Part shown: positions 50,001 through 63,382 of the stretch, one piece after another
Layout of the letters: each line of letters begins with the position of its first letter
How positions within the stretch are numbered: position 1 is the first letter of the stretch
Source: Cenococcum geophilum
Lineage: Eukaryota
Direction: 5' to 3'
Assembly: GCA_050273025.1 (NCBI GenBank)
Contig: CP158635.1
Location: 18,476,001 to 18,540,000, forward strand
Length of the DNA stretch: 64,000 nucleotides
Made by a program: the position numbers and the translations under genes
The notes under the pieces: generated by a model
Databases searched by the model: none
Seen by the model: only the letters and a program-made list of their open reading frames with translations
Told to the model about the DNA's origin: nothing

Positions 50001-52382
50001 ACGCATCTCGAAAGTCTAGTCTGGCGGTGCATTTCTGCCGGAAATTCCATAGCATTCAGATGTAGTGGAAGCCGACCACGTTTCACACCATGTATTACAA
50101 ACTCGCATGGCCAGTGGCGGTCGCAGAAATCGCTGAGTGCTGCGTCAAGGTGATCTAGATACTGTGGAAAGATATGATCAGCAGTTCCTATGAAAGGTAA
50201 GTACAAATCCCTTAGGTTTTAAAGCGGTTTACAGTTACTACCTTTAATTTTATGCCGTACCGAATCTAGCATAATACAGGAAGCAACCATGTAGCTAAGT
50301 CTACTAAAAATGGCCCTTGCATCTGCATCGTCCGTTGCCTGCTCTACCATGTTAATTGCTAGCTTCAGGATATTGCCTCCAAAGTCTAACGGAATTGGGC
50401 TGTTGAAAAATGATGCTTGGACGAAGTCAAATGCAACATCAAGTGTTTGGGCAAAGTGATCGAAGGCATACTGAAGGTACGACTGTAGCTCCTCTGCATC
50501 TAGCAACATTCTTAATTCGGCTTTACGCTCTCTAGCCGCTTTGCAGCCTCTCTCTACCTCACCATAGAGCTTCTCCGTCTGCTCTTGGATCATTTTAGGT
50601 CGACCTTCGGCGGGGATCCGCACAATCTGTAGGCAAATAAGTAAATATCCAAAAAAAATAATGGTGGAATGAAAGAACGGCAAAAAGTATCGAAGCATGT
50701 GAACATCTGCCTTACGAACCCGTAAAGAGCTGTAGTAGCAGAGCATTAACTGTTCTACAGTATCAACCTGCTTGTTTCGATCTCTCCAGAACTGCGCATA
50801 TTTTTGGAACGAAGTGTTCAGATGGACTGTCTGGGATAAAGACTCCAATAGTGTATCTGTCGCGACGTCAACATCCCATAAATGTGGATGAATATCATAT
50901 TCGCAAGCATTCAGAGCTATGATGGCGTGCGGGAGAATTGGCTGATTTGATGATGTTTCAAGCGCAACGGCAGCCCAGTCTATTAACTTTTCGAAAACTC
51001 CCTCAATAACCCTAGGTGGGAATTAGCGAAATGTTAAACAGAGCTATTGGTCACACACCTCGGGTTTCTGAGTACAAATATGATCACATCGGAAAAAGTG
51101 TATAACAATCGCGGATACAAGTTGCTAACTGCGAACTCCCTGCTTCGTCGGTCCGGCGAAACCGCCCACATCAATTCGCGCTCTGAACGGTGACGAGTTC
51201 TGAGTGATGATTCCTCGACAGCCTGATCCTGTGCCATTTTCGAACCATGCCATTTCTTTTTGCGGACTTTGGCACCCACAGGTTCCCTTCCACCTCCTTC
51301 TAACCCTTCGCAGTCCGCATAAAATAGTGGATTGTCAGATAAGGCTGAGCAGGGATCCATGTAGAGATGTACATCCTCCGAAGTAGGTACGTCCTTCCCT
51401 GGCATCCCTACGATTGGCGTTGGGAATGGTTCCGGCTTCTCTCGTGACTTAAGATCAATAAGAAATTTGACGATTGTGCTCTTCCCTGCTCCGGTCTGAC
51501 CGACAAGGGAAACCAGACTCGGAGTGCGAACGTCTCGCAATACAGGAGCCGTGGCAACTTCAGATGAGGACCTTGTCTCGAGTCTTTCAGAGTTCGTGAC
51601 AGCCATTAATTCAGCGTATCTTCCATGATCTTGAAATATGAGAGGCTGTCCTTTGTTGTTGTTGTCTCGTTTTACACCTTAGTTTATAATGCATCAGCGG
51701 ACGCGGAAACAACCAGGAGCTGGTTTACGCTAAGAATAAATGTATTAAAATGCGCTTACCGAACCAAGCTGTGCTTTGGTCATCTAAGCACATATCTCGA
51801 TATATCAGTTCGTCTGTTGGGAGTGACAACACGGCCTGCACTCGTTTTGCTACCCAAAAGTCAGTTTTCTCGTGGGGTATACCTCCCGGCCCCAGCTGAT
51901 TCATCTGGTGCGTTATCTGTAGGTCCCAACATGTTATGCAGAACACGAATCTGCAAACATTACAGAAGGACACCTCTGGCGATGCATTTTTGCACTGTAC
52001 ACAGCAAACGTAGCTGCCATGTTCATCAACGGGCTGAGATGGAGAAGATCGTGCCGAATTAACTCTAAGTATTCCATCTTTAGGTTAGACCATTCAAAGA
52101 TACCAGAGTTCGTTAACCACAGAATACTTACCCGTCCAGGTGATCACAATCGGAATTAATTGGATAGTGTACTGATGACTCTGAATCGACTTTGGGCAGA
52201 CCAGGGCTCTCAAGAGGTGGGGGAGGGAGAGCGCTAGGCTGAGCAGAAGATTGGAAGCGGGTGGCGTCAACGCCACGAGGAGACATTTTCGGCTCAACTC
52301 TGGGCTTTGATACTCGCTGGTCGGATGGTAAAGCTTTCCGAGAGTCTTGCAACGGTCGATTGCTGGAGGAAAAGGCATTCAT
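47045..52382 (-). CDS. Multi-exon protein with B-box-like zinc finger, GBP/RHD3-like P-loop GTPase, RING-like finger and patatin-like phospholipase domain
   Basis: Spliced ORFs give CVQC-x9-CNVC-x4-CITC..H, then GQTGAGKS and ADCEGL, then CFTC...LPCGHILCTPC...CP, then LTLDGGGIRG, VGSGTGG and FLDCAKYHNNP. About 11 GT-AG introns join the ORF-track pieces in frame. Confidence 0.85.
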
Positions 52383-53648
52383 GAGAATATGAAGGAGGCA
52401 TGGGAGCCTTTCGAACCGCGATAATTAAAATTAAATCATAATTTACGGTCTTAGCCTCCGTGCGATATGAGGCAGTGCACATACATGATTCGCAGCCTCG
52501 TGCCAGCCATTTGATGGTTTAGGATGGGCCAAGGGAAACTTGCGTGGGCTATGCCTAAATGAATGAGGTACTTCTATTGGGGCTGTCTTCTTATCAGTAG
52601 TCAACGCCCTACCATCAAAGTTATAGAACCTTACCTCAAACTTTTGGTTAGCTCGGTTAGTATTTAGCCAGAACAGGGTTAAAACAGTTACAAAGCAATA
52701 GAGAGTTGAAATGAAAGACGCAAAAACTCTGAAAGGGCGTTCGTTAGGTGAAAATCCTCTTACAGAAAAACCCACTAGCTATGCGAAGGGCTTGTACGAA
52801 TTCCTCGCAAACCCTTCTGGTGAGTTATCGCCCGGTATGCGGCTATAGCATGGTAAATTACCGTTGCGAAGCTACAGCGGACTAGTATAAGAGGTCTAAA
52901 AAGCCACAAGAAGTGTTTGTTACATAGAAAAGCCTCCTGCGCGCTAATCATAAGATGCGTGGAGAGACTGTAAGAGATCAACAGCTTTTAAAAATCTGCC
53001 TCATTTCACAAGGCAGAATTAATTATGGGGAAAAAACGAGGAAGCTACTTGAGCCTATTCTATCATCCTGGGAAACGAAAACTAAGCTCCGATCACCACA
53101 AGCAAAGTTCGTAAGTAATTGTTGCCTATTATATGATGGACGCGAGTATCTCACGAGAGAATTATTGTAGATCGCCCGACTCCTCAGCTGTATCGTATCC
53201 TTGTTCTCCCTCAACGGCCTCCCACAGTGTCGGCTCGAACGGTTCTCCAGTTCCCAATCTCGTACGTCAGGTGTTACAAAAGCAGTTCATTGCTAACTGG
53301 TTCGAAATTCCTAGTTCTTGCAATCGTACTAAGAAAGCGCAAGCATGGCTGCAAAGCCGGATGATTGGGAGGCTGAGAGTGGGAGTGAAGCAAGATTTTC
53401 CTTCGGCAAAGGCTACATCACGCTTAGGCTGCTGAAGTGCGAGACTAGGACGTAAAGAAAGATCCAGAAGTGACCAGCCAGAACAAGGAACATACGTAAC
53501 ATGTGCCATGTAGGAGCCGGCCACGAAAGAAGTAGATCGCGAAAACCAGCTGCTCCAGAGGCGGCATAGAAACCAGCGACGGATATTTCCACGTATATTG
53601 AAGAGAATATCCCCTTTTCTTCATGATCAACCTCGCAATCAGACCTAT

Positions 53649-54994
53649 CTAATCTCCCTTGCTCGAGCTGAAATTGGTGATGAAAACCACCAATACCGCG
53701 CAATAAGCCGCGCTCGCCGCAAACAGCTCATGTCTCTTGGCCTTCGTAAGCAACGACATCGCCGCCGAGAACAGTAACGTGAATATAATCAATACACCAA
53801 TCGCCGAAAACGTAGATTGTGTATTTCCCAAACTTGTCAAGCGGTACATTGCAACGACCGGAAGGACTAGAAGAACGAAAATGACACTGGTTATGATGAA
53901 GCCGACAAGCTTTTCAACCCGGGATGGTGAGAAGTAGTAGACATGCTTGTCGGATGTTTTATCAAGCAGATCTGGTGTACAAAAGATTTTCTAGAGCACA
54001 GAATCACGATGAGTACGTGAGATTCTAAACTGTAATGCAAATAAAAGAAATTCAGAGTACGTACCCGAATCAGCTTGCAGTTCAATTTGTGTAATAGCGA
54101 CTCTATCATACCGTCGAAGCCGGCCCATTCACGCCCATGACGAAGACTCACGATATCTTCCCTTAGCTCGATATAGCTCTCCTCTTGTTCGACAATGGGC
54201 CGGACATTATGGAGCCATGTTCGCACGCTCCGGTAATCGCGATCTGTTGGACGCTGGAAGGATACTAATTCTCGGGCCTTGATGAGAAGCTTGTCTATAC
54301 GGATATGAATTAGAATGGTTTACTTTTGCACTCCAGACATACTTGCCATATTTTGATACTTGATCATGGAGTTCATCCAAAACATCCCTTCTCGTCCTTT
54401 GTTTGGTGCCCGTCTCTGATACTGCCTCTCCGGCTGCTTCAAGATCTTCCTCCCAACACTGCAAGCGTAGCCGTTGCTCGTCTGTGTTGTCCTCATTATC
54501 GAATTCGTCAAGTTCGCGTTCAAGTACTTGAATACCAGTCTGCAGGTCGAGGAGGAGACGAGCGTGGACGTAGCTGAAGCCTCGATAGAGCATGAAGTTT
54601 TGCTCGCTAGCATTGAAAGCTGCAAGTCGCGGATATCCAAGAGGGCATGATTCCACTAATTGAGCCATGTCATTTAACACTGCGTGCTGTACGAGACAGG
54701 TGGAAATGTTTACATTGGCGAATTCTTGTCGTTACTTTAATCGCGTCACTCCGTCTAACCCAAGAGAACAATTGTTTTATGAATTGAATGATTTTACGAC
54801 GTTGTGAGGCTAGAAGACAGTCAGAGGTGCGCGTATTACGAGTGAAAGGACGTACTGCGCCGTCTAGGATAAAATCCTCCAGTTGAGAGGCTCTGTAAAG
54901 GTAGAGGAACCAAAGTACTGTCTGTACTCTGAGAAGTCGGCGAAGTGGAGAAGCTGCTATTCTTTTCCACAGTTATTCCCGTCAGCTCTGCCAT
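53649..54994 (-). CDS. DUF6594-type protein with three C-terminal transmembrane helices (multi-exon)
   Basis: Motifs GYPRLAAF...YRGFSYVHARLLLDLQ..I..LE.EL..D and C-terminal FTLLFSAAMSLLTKAKRHELFAASAAYCAVLVVF match this fungal family. The first exon MAELTG... starting at 54994 is inferred. Confidence 0.85.
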
Positions 54995-56286
54995 TATGTA
55001 CACTGTTGTGTGTTCTGTTAAAAGAATATTGTGTAAATTGTTTAAGGTGTATATATATGTTCCCCACCACTTCTCACCGGAAAAGTAGCCAATGCGCACA
55101 AGGCTAAGATACAATCAGGCCAGGGCCGCAACAATCATACAATATGAACCAATCACGCCCGTCTAACTTCAGCCTCTGGAAACCAGTGGCCGCCTCGATA
55201 TATGACCCCGCTCGAATCTTTCAGCTTGTACTCCCATTTCCCGTCTGTATTCTGCCTTCCTTCCGCTACTTTGAGCGTCTTCTTCTTCGTAAGATTAGGT
55301 CCAACCTCAGTGACCGCGACGTCTTTCCCGTCCCTATAACTTCGTGGATACTGAATGAAGCATCAGAATAATGAGTTCTAGGAAGCGATAACTGAGTATA
55401 AGGCATACACACATTCGCCCGCTTGCCCTTTGCAACTCCTGCCCTGTCTGGCGGGATTTTTGGAGTAATCGACTCCTGATAAGGAGTGGTGAGCAGGGGT
55501 TCACATCCATGTAGCATGTGTTTTACCTGGTCAGTCATGTTTTCCGGTGTTTGCGTGCCTGAGAGTATGCCTGGTATATATTTGCGTGATGTTGTGGTGT
55601 TCTTGGGTGCCACAAAAGGCACAGCTCGCTGTGAAAGCGAAATGGCAAAGCCTTGTTTGGAAAGTGGCAGGCGTGGTGGGCAGAGTCGCCAGCTTTTGTG
55701 TCAGCCTGCGGATGAGGATTTGCCCTATTCTTAATAATTGCGTTCGTTGCCTTTTTCTCTCGCGACGCCCTTCACTTGTGTCGCCCTTGAGGATTTACCC
55801 ATTCTACGGTGAGAAACATTATGAGTAGTCCAACTCTTGTCCTTCGAAACCGTGCCATGAAGGCACAAGTACGACATGCGAAGAGCGGGAACTTTGCTGC
55901 GCCCCTTTCACAAGTAGAGTTTGCAATGCGCCATAAAACATCAAAAAGGCAACGAGGCACACAAGCTGGTGGTGGTGGGAGTTGAATGGTGGGGTCATTT
56001 TTGCAGGCCCCTCCCGAAGTTGCATATGATAGGGTGATCAAACGGATCGCAATCAATAGTGGCCCGAGTGGCTTGTTTCTCAATACCAGGCTTTTTTGAC
56101 CTCCGGCCTGCGCACACAACGAGCTGAAAAGGAGAGAGTACCAAGACAAAGCTCAGCCTCACTTGGAACGAGCCTTAAGAGGCTGTTTGTCACAATGTAA
56201 AATCAGGCCAGCCTCCGCATTGGTTTCGGCATGCGGAACAGCTTCCTCACATTCACTTTGTCTAGAGCTGTTGCAGAGGCCAAAAG

Positions 56287-57673
56287 ATGGTAAGGACACC
56301 GCCATATCCTGATACTGTAGTGGAGGCCTCACTTCCACTCTGTAGACCTGACCCAGCAGCTCTTCCGCAGCTGGAGATCCCTCAACCTAGCGCAGTCACA
56401 ACAAACCAACGACAGAATGAGGCTGAGAACTGCCAATCTAAGATGCAAGGCTGGTGGGATCAGTCAATCAGTAAGAATATGGGTTTACCGGATGGATACC
56501 AACATGTTTCCGTCCTGTTGATTAAATGGCACGACGAAATAGACCAGCTAGAAGTAGCACAGGAAGTAATTACGTCAAAACCGATGCCATTAGAGACAAT
56601 GACTAACATAGTTGGCAGGTTAGAGATTTAGAGAAATTATTCAAGGAGACATTCAATTACCAAACGACGGTGGTAGAGCTGGACGCCGTAAAGCCTCAAC
56701 TCCGGCTTGAATGCGAAATCACTCGCTTTGCCTTCGAGAACGACGCAAAACACAACCTCTTGATTCTGTATTATGCTGGGCATGGGATATATAATCACAA
56801 GGAGGATATCTTGTACCTAGCCGCGTACGTTGACCTAGACCATAACGCTCCGATAGGGTCTCAGCTGACGCTTTAAGATCTAGTTCCGACGAGTTCGAGG
56901 AGTCCGGAAGTGAGTTGCCAAGAGTGTCTTGGAATGAAGCAGTTAGGACATTAGTAAATAACGTAGAAGGCGATATCTTTGCTTTAATGGACTGCTGTTT
57001 TGCCAGTAACCCTTATGCTAGAAGCATCCTAGATTTTTCTAGGATATTCGAGATAATGGCTGCGAGTGGGGTCGACCAAGTGACTCCCAGACCTGGGAAG
57101 CATTCCTTCACGAGAGCATTAATAGAGTCTTTGGAAGCTCTTGCGGCGCAATTTAAGGATAGTTTCTTCAGCACGCGAGATTTGCATGAAAAGGTTATTG
57201 TCAAGCGGCCAAATACTCCTCCAGCCCTCTGGCGTGGAATACCAAACAACAACCGACATGTCAGGCTGAGCCCTATGAAAGGTGGACAACAGAACCAGGT
57301 TGCAGGCCCAAAAAAGGAAACACCAAGGGGTCTACTATCTCTCCAATTTGCACTGAGGGATGATCGGTTGTCCCAGCTGCAGATCGATGTCCTTACTCGC
57401 ACCCTACCAAAGGCGTTTCACAATGCCCGCGCACCTGTCCACAACATATTATGGCTCGATTTTAAGAATGCTAGGCCGCCGAGGGCTACCTTTAAGACCG
57501 CTGCGACGATGGTTACTTCTCTCAATAGATGGAAGAGTCTTCCAGGCGGTTCTTCCCAATCCTCTACGAGCGTGAAGCGGAAAGCTGACCAGATGACTCC
57601 GGACCACTCCGAGGACACCCCGCGTAACAAAAAGATGGTGAATGGTAGCCTCGATAGTAACTCCGATGGTTGA
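56287..57673 (+). CDS. Caspase-like (peptidase C14/clan CD fold) protein, three exons
   Basis: VSVLLIKW, LLILYYAGHG (catalytic His), ALMDCCFA (catalytic Cys) and FEIMAAS...SFTRAL. Introns at about 56566-56618 and 56825-56877. Confidence 0.85.
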
Positions 57674-58239
57674 AATTTGATAGACGGTTCGCTAGCGATG
57701 GAGAAGTTCTTACTAGATGTCATCGTCCCCAAAGACTGGAGTTTGTATCCATTTTAGCTCAACGGGATCTCGAAAGATTGAGCGATCATATAGTTTGGTC
57801 CGTAAGAATAATGGCAAGGTGTTTAGTGGCGTTTTGAGTTTGGATTTCGGTGTCTTGTTCACGGAGCCTCTCCTCGCATAGTTTTGTTTAATATATGTAT
57901 AAACATAGCTACAAGAACTGTTAATACTTTGATAGCTTTCTGGCGTAGCAGATTGCCGATGAAACAATCCAAATGGTTAGAAAATACGCTTTACAGTCAT
58001 CACCGAAATATCGGTACAGCATTTTCCAAAAGACCGGTAAGCATCGCACCCTTCACTAAAACAATACACCCCTGTAGCCCCACTAGTATAACTCTATATT
58101 TTATAAATAAAGGCTTATTTAATAGTTCTACCCTAAAGCTATAACATAAGTCCTTATTTATATAATTTAGAGCCCGGGAGGGATTATATTAGTCAGCGCA
58201 GAGCCTTAATTTAAGTTTAGTAGATTTAACAAAACACCC

Positions 58240-59850
58240 TATATAACTTTATTAATATGGCTCTATTGGTGAAGTTATATGGGTGCACTGTTTTAGAGGG
58301 GGGTGATGGTTGGTTGGTTCTTTTATTAGGCTGTCTAGAGGCCCGAAGAGTCCGGTATCTACTGTGGGTTCCAACCCCTTGGGACTGCTATATAGAAGGA
58401 GCTCTCTGTGGTGTTTTCATGCCTGTAGAGTGGGACCGGCAGCCAAATTTGGGTTGCGGGCTTGGCCCTGCATCTCTTCCTATCCTGCTTTCCAACCCCA
58501 TGGCCCCTAGGTTGGTTTGCTTAGCGTCAGCGTCGACCTGCCTGAATTGCTGTAGGACTCTCGTCTTCAGCACTAGGATCGCGGCATGTTTGGCCATCTC
58601 TGGATTGCTCAGCAGTTCTAATATGTTTGGTTTCTTACCTCCTATTTCCTGCCACATTTCCTCCCTCTCCCTCTCAAGCCGGGTGCATTTATATAGGATG
58701 TGGAAGACAGTCTATCTCTAATCATTAGGGCAGAGTCAACACATGGGCGAGTTCACGGCGGTGCTCCTAACGGTGGCCAAGTGGTTATTAAATCCTATGA
58801 TTCCGGTGCTTGGCTAGATCGCAAAGGAGCATAGTGGCCTCGATAGCCCGTTATATTTGCCCAGGACCTTTAATGTAGGGCGTTTGACTATCTCCAGCAG
58901 TTGGCGGCCTCTGCGGGTGTCTTCCCATAGTTGGGCCCACCTTTTCTGCGTGAACTCGTACATTTGCCGTCTGGGGTGGTTCCTTGATGGCAAGGTGTCC
59001 TTGGCCTTGACTTTTGGGGTTCCCTTTCCCTCAGGTCTCTATCCTGTGGCAATCTTGGCGACTTCGTCGGCTTCGTTGGCTTCATCATTTCCGAGTATTC
59101 CTTCATGGCTAGGGGTCCAGTGGATTTCCACAGGTCGTAAAGTCCACTTGTACAGGACATGAAAACGGCGTAAGAACTGCTGGCCGTTCCGGGCATTGGA
59201 GTCGGTAACTGACTATGCAAGATCCTTGTTGTCCGCGTGTATAACGGCTGGTGTTAGTTGGGTGTCGTTTGATAGCTGTTCCATTGCCATCTCCAGACCG
59301 TGGACCTCTCCATCGAAAACCGAGTACTGTCCTTGGGGCCATACATAGGCTCCTAGGCGGGTGCCCTGTTCTGGGTTGACTGTTGCTGTTCCTATCTTCT
59401 CGTCAATTCCTGACCCGTTAGTGTACCGGTGCGTTGTTAAGTCCTTGTGATGCTCGTCGTGGTTTGTCTTTGCGCCTCTGCTAAGGCTGCTATCTTGACA
59501 GTAGGGTGTAGCCCCTAGGGCTCGCTGACAGAGACTGTTGTGGGCTCAATGTCTAGGGCGTGGGGCCCAAATCTCCTATAGAGTGCGGCCTTATGGGTGC
59601 TAGGAGGCTTTCGTGTTTCGCCATAGTGTTTGCAATTGCTATCATCCTAGCGCAGTGTTCCTTTGCGGCCATACGAATGAGGGGGTCTGCGGCTATCTCC
59701 TGGAGTAGCTGCTGCGCCGGTTTGAGGTATAGGGCTGCGTTCAGGGCACCTGCGGGTGTGGTTCGCCAACCCCTTGAGATGTGGTGTGCTGCCTTCCTTT
59801 GTATCCGTTTCATTGCGACGGCTCCGTTTTGTGTCTGTCCCCCCTCCTTT
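58240..59850 (-). mobile_element. LINE 3' fragment (post-RT region, RNase H, C-terminal Cys/His knuckle), degenerate
   Basis: KRIQRKAAHHISRGWRTTPAGAL, an RNase H start YTNGSGIDEKIG (~59390-59425), WTPSHEGILGNDEANE.AK and TVFHILYKC, with frameshifts and stops. An AT-rich RIP-like tract lies at 58080-58260. Confidence 0.85.
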
Positions 59851-60437
59851 GTACTAGATAGAACAACAGTACGTGAAGTGGGGGAGGGCTGTACCTATGT
59901 ACGCCCGTCTGTTGGCGATGAGATTTGTCCCCCAAGAGGGGGGGGGCGATGCGTGACGTTACGGCTCTGCGATTTTTACCGATATTTCGGCAATGACTTT
60001 ATTCTTGTAAGAATGATAACTAGAAATGAATTTACACGACGATCATCATATCTCCAATTGTGTGCTGTCGCAAGATTTCACGCGCAATATTAGGTTCACT
60101 GAAAGGATATAAATCGGCATTAAAGTGATATATCTTTGAATAAATAGATATTCAAGAATATAGTAACAATAAATTCTTCTCGTACTTCACACTTTTTAAC
60201 ATAAAAGCCAGCGTATGTCTCATTCCGAAACACATAAACACATTCAGCAGACGCAAAACTCGAACCACAGAGCTCTAAAGCCCGAAAAGCCCATGAACCA
60301 AAAAAAACCTGAACCCCAGTAATCTAATAACCCATCCCATAATCAAGCCACTACCACATCAAGGGGGGCAATAACGCCGCAACGATGCCCTCTCAATTCC
60401 GAGGAAGAAATGAATAACGCCGAGGGTACAACTCCTA

Positions 60438-62742
60438 TCAATCAACCAGCTCTTTCAGCGACGTCATCATCGGACTTCGCATCCTAGTGGGACTGCCTGC
60501 ACGACTTCGATGACCTGGCCCCACCATCCTCTCCTTGCTGTCCGTCCGAGCTATCAATCCGCCTCTCCCTATCGCATTACTGAAAACAGACGGCGGGCCA
60601 AGGCCCAACCCGGCTCCTTGTGTAACCGGATTATTGTCGAAATAATTCGACGGTCCATGGTCAAATCCAGCTTTGATTTGCGGAGTAGCCCAGCCAGAGG
60701 TCCTGCCAACGCGGCTGCCCTCGCTGGAGTCGGAGTGATCGTTGTCGGAGTCGGCTTCGCCAAGCTCGAACTCATTTGCGCTCTCTCCGCTCTCAAGGAC
60801 TCGCTCATACGTGGGCGAGTTGCTGAGGCCAAAGAGTTTACCTCCGAAACCACGGCGTCGTTTCGATGAGCCTGATCTGCGACCGAAGATATGGCTGACT
60901 CTGTGGCGCATGGTCTTTCTCCTATCGCGGCCACAGAGCATGAATAAGACAACGAAAACGATAAGAAGGAATATGAGAAGACCAGGGATGCGACGAGGAG
61001 ATTCTTTGAATAAAGTATCGTGCCAGTCTTCATCGCCAGGGAGATCGCCAGGTAATGGCACGTACTTGCCACCAGCATATTGGAAGTCGGAAGGTATGCC
61101 TGGCTCATTGCTACCAAAGCCAACAGCCAAAGCTTCTGGCGGTGCTTGTATCTCACTGGAAGCGTAAAGTACCATCTTTCCCAATGTCCAGCTGACTTCC
61201 ACGTCGTCAATCTTGCTAACAGCCTGGAATGGATCTAAAAAGCCCTTCTCTTTTGCATGGCCCAGAACTGCTTTTGTGCCGTTATGCCCCCCCTTCATAT
61301 GTTCAATGCCTACGCGAGGGACACCAATGCCGTCATGAAGAACGCTGATCAGCCACGAGGCCTTGAAGCAGACTTCCAGAGCGGTTGTTTCGTCTACTTT
61401 CTTTCCCCATTTCTTTTCCTTGATCCCCTCCTGGATAACTTCCCAGTCTTGACTGCAGAACTCCCTGACCCGTTTTTGGTAGGCATGGAAGTCGTAGGCT
61501 TTGTCCTTGTGTGACATCTCGAAGACTTCGTGAGTTGTATGCCAGTATTCTGAAACGCCGACAAAGTGGTTTACGTCAAAATCGATGGCTGGTACGTGAA
61601 CGCCGTGAAGCATACATGGTTGATCCGGGCATGGGGCATCCTTATCTAGCAGTGGATATGTCTGGCGCAAACATTCCGGAAAGTTACCCGTGCCTAGAAG
61701 ATGTGGCTTTCCCCCTACCTCTTCATCTGAGCCTGGTGTGATCGGTTTGCCCTCTGTGGTGACATTAAGTCCTGATGGTAGACAAGGATCTGGCAACTCT
61801 TGAGCTTCAGGACTGGCCTGTAAAAGAGCCTCCACGTAGCGTTTCCTAGCTTGATTGACTCCAAATCCAAGCCATGTAGTGACAAAAACTTTGTACTCCA
61901 TCGGTTCACCGTTCACTGTTCTCATCCGTAATAGTGTAAGGTCATTGGAATGCTTCTCAGCCTCAGTCGCGTTAGGTGCAAAGGCAATTTGTGCGGATGC
62001 GCCTCCCATATCCAGAAATCCGTACGTGTGGTGGCCCTTTCCATGGTCGTGTTCTTCGGGCTTGTCAAAACCTCCTAGCAAGTAATTGGCTGCAATCCAC
62101 CCGTACAACCCTTCCGTTTCTCCGGGAATAACTTTGATATGTAGGTCGCAGTCCGGTAGTTGGAAATCTGTTGTCTTCCGTGCATAATTGCACACTTGTT
62201 CTAGTACAGCCTTTTGTTTCAGTTGCGGCAGTATTCGCATTCCCGCAGTAGCCAGTAGAAAAATCGGAGTATTCTCCACTTCCTCCTTAGGTATTATCTC
62301 AAGAGCATGTTTGAATAGAGGTTCTAGGTGGTCAGGCCCGACATCGTTGGGAGTGTCGCCGAAAGCCGAGATACCTACATCAGATGGGAATCAGCACCGT
62401 CGCAAAGTTAACAAAGGACGGGAGACTCGAGTATACCGGGATGTATCTTCTTGGTCCATTTCTTCTCTGTCTCTAGGACCGGAAGACTTTGCAATTCACT
62501 CTGGCTCGCTTCGGTGCGAGCCTTCTCGCTGTTAAGCCATCGATAGATGTGGATTCGGGTCCCCTTTCGGATAATCAGCGTTTTTGTCGCACAATGCAGT
62601 AGAAATCAGCGCAGGTATGAACATACCGATGACCCAGCATCCAGGATGACACCATATCTCCCTGTGACAGATGTGGTGTTAGCAGAAAGTTTTTCCCGTA
62701 TTGCGATAAGGAGCTGAGGGACGCTTGCGTACACTTTCCCAT
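60438..62742 (-). CDS. YND1: Golgi apyrase (GDA1/CD39 nucleoside phosphatase family)
   Basis: Exons give MGKWRYGVILDAGSSGTR, ATAGMR, EGLYGW, DMGGAS and SWTLG (the apyrase conserved regions), a single C-terminal TM helix and a cytosolic tail. Confidence 0.95.
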
Positions 62743-63382
62743 CGGGGAACACCAGACACTAGGAAGCTATTCAGAGAAAGGGACATTCAGCAGCGAGCGG
62801 ACACGGCATCAAGAAGAAGATGGTGATATGAAGAAAGTAACGAGTGAATAAGTTGAGGCGGGGGTGTTGTGGAAAGATTAAGAGCGATTGTCAGAGCTTA
62901 AACGGCACGACTTTGAGATACTACGGTTTCCAGGGATGCAGCGGCGAATCCTAATTTGGGCAACGCCGCTAACCACGCAAACACCCACGCCACCATGCAA
63001 AATCCTCCAGGCCTTCGACTGCGCCCCGTGCACTCTGCAAAAAGCACTGAAGAAGCCGTCAGCCCTACGAAAAGACAGCTTTCCTCAGCTGATGGCTTTG
63101 ACCATTGCCCATTGCACAATGCGAACAGAACAGAACAATGCCGGAATAGCAAGTTCGTACTCCCCGCATAAAGATCGCAGACCCATGCTAAGGTCTTAGG
63201 TAAAATCTTCGTCGGTGATATCATCTTCTTTAATGCGTCGCAAGCTTCCAAGCAACCACTCCACCCCATTGCCGAGTGGTACGTTGGACATGTTTGCCAA
63301 GTATGCTCATGTCTGAAAGAAACTCTGATAAATGCATAATCAACGGGCTTCTTCCCATTATCATCAAAGAGTTTATTGCACT

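Noticed and set aside
51955..52030. Possible frameshift in the zinc-finger exon of the patatin gene
   Set aside because: Recounting the A5 run shows a continuous frame (CCVQCKNASPEVSFCNVC).
52443..53630. Short ORFs between the patatin and DUF6594 genes, and those at 55144-56149 and 62888-63269
   Set aside because: They overlap on both strands, have no recognisable motifs and lie in probable promoter or UTR sequence.
16640..57673. Starship element, suggested by the large size and a patatin gene
   Set aside because: No DUF3435 tyrosine recombinase or Starship-type boundary was recognised; the visible mobiliser is a Plavaka transposase. A captain gene outside the window cannot be excluded.
58040..59955. 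Inverted repeat gcatcgc.ccc or a TSD bounding the LINE fragment, and a possible solo LTR at ~58073-58235
   Set aside because: The matches are too short and no convincing target duplication was found.
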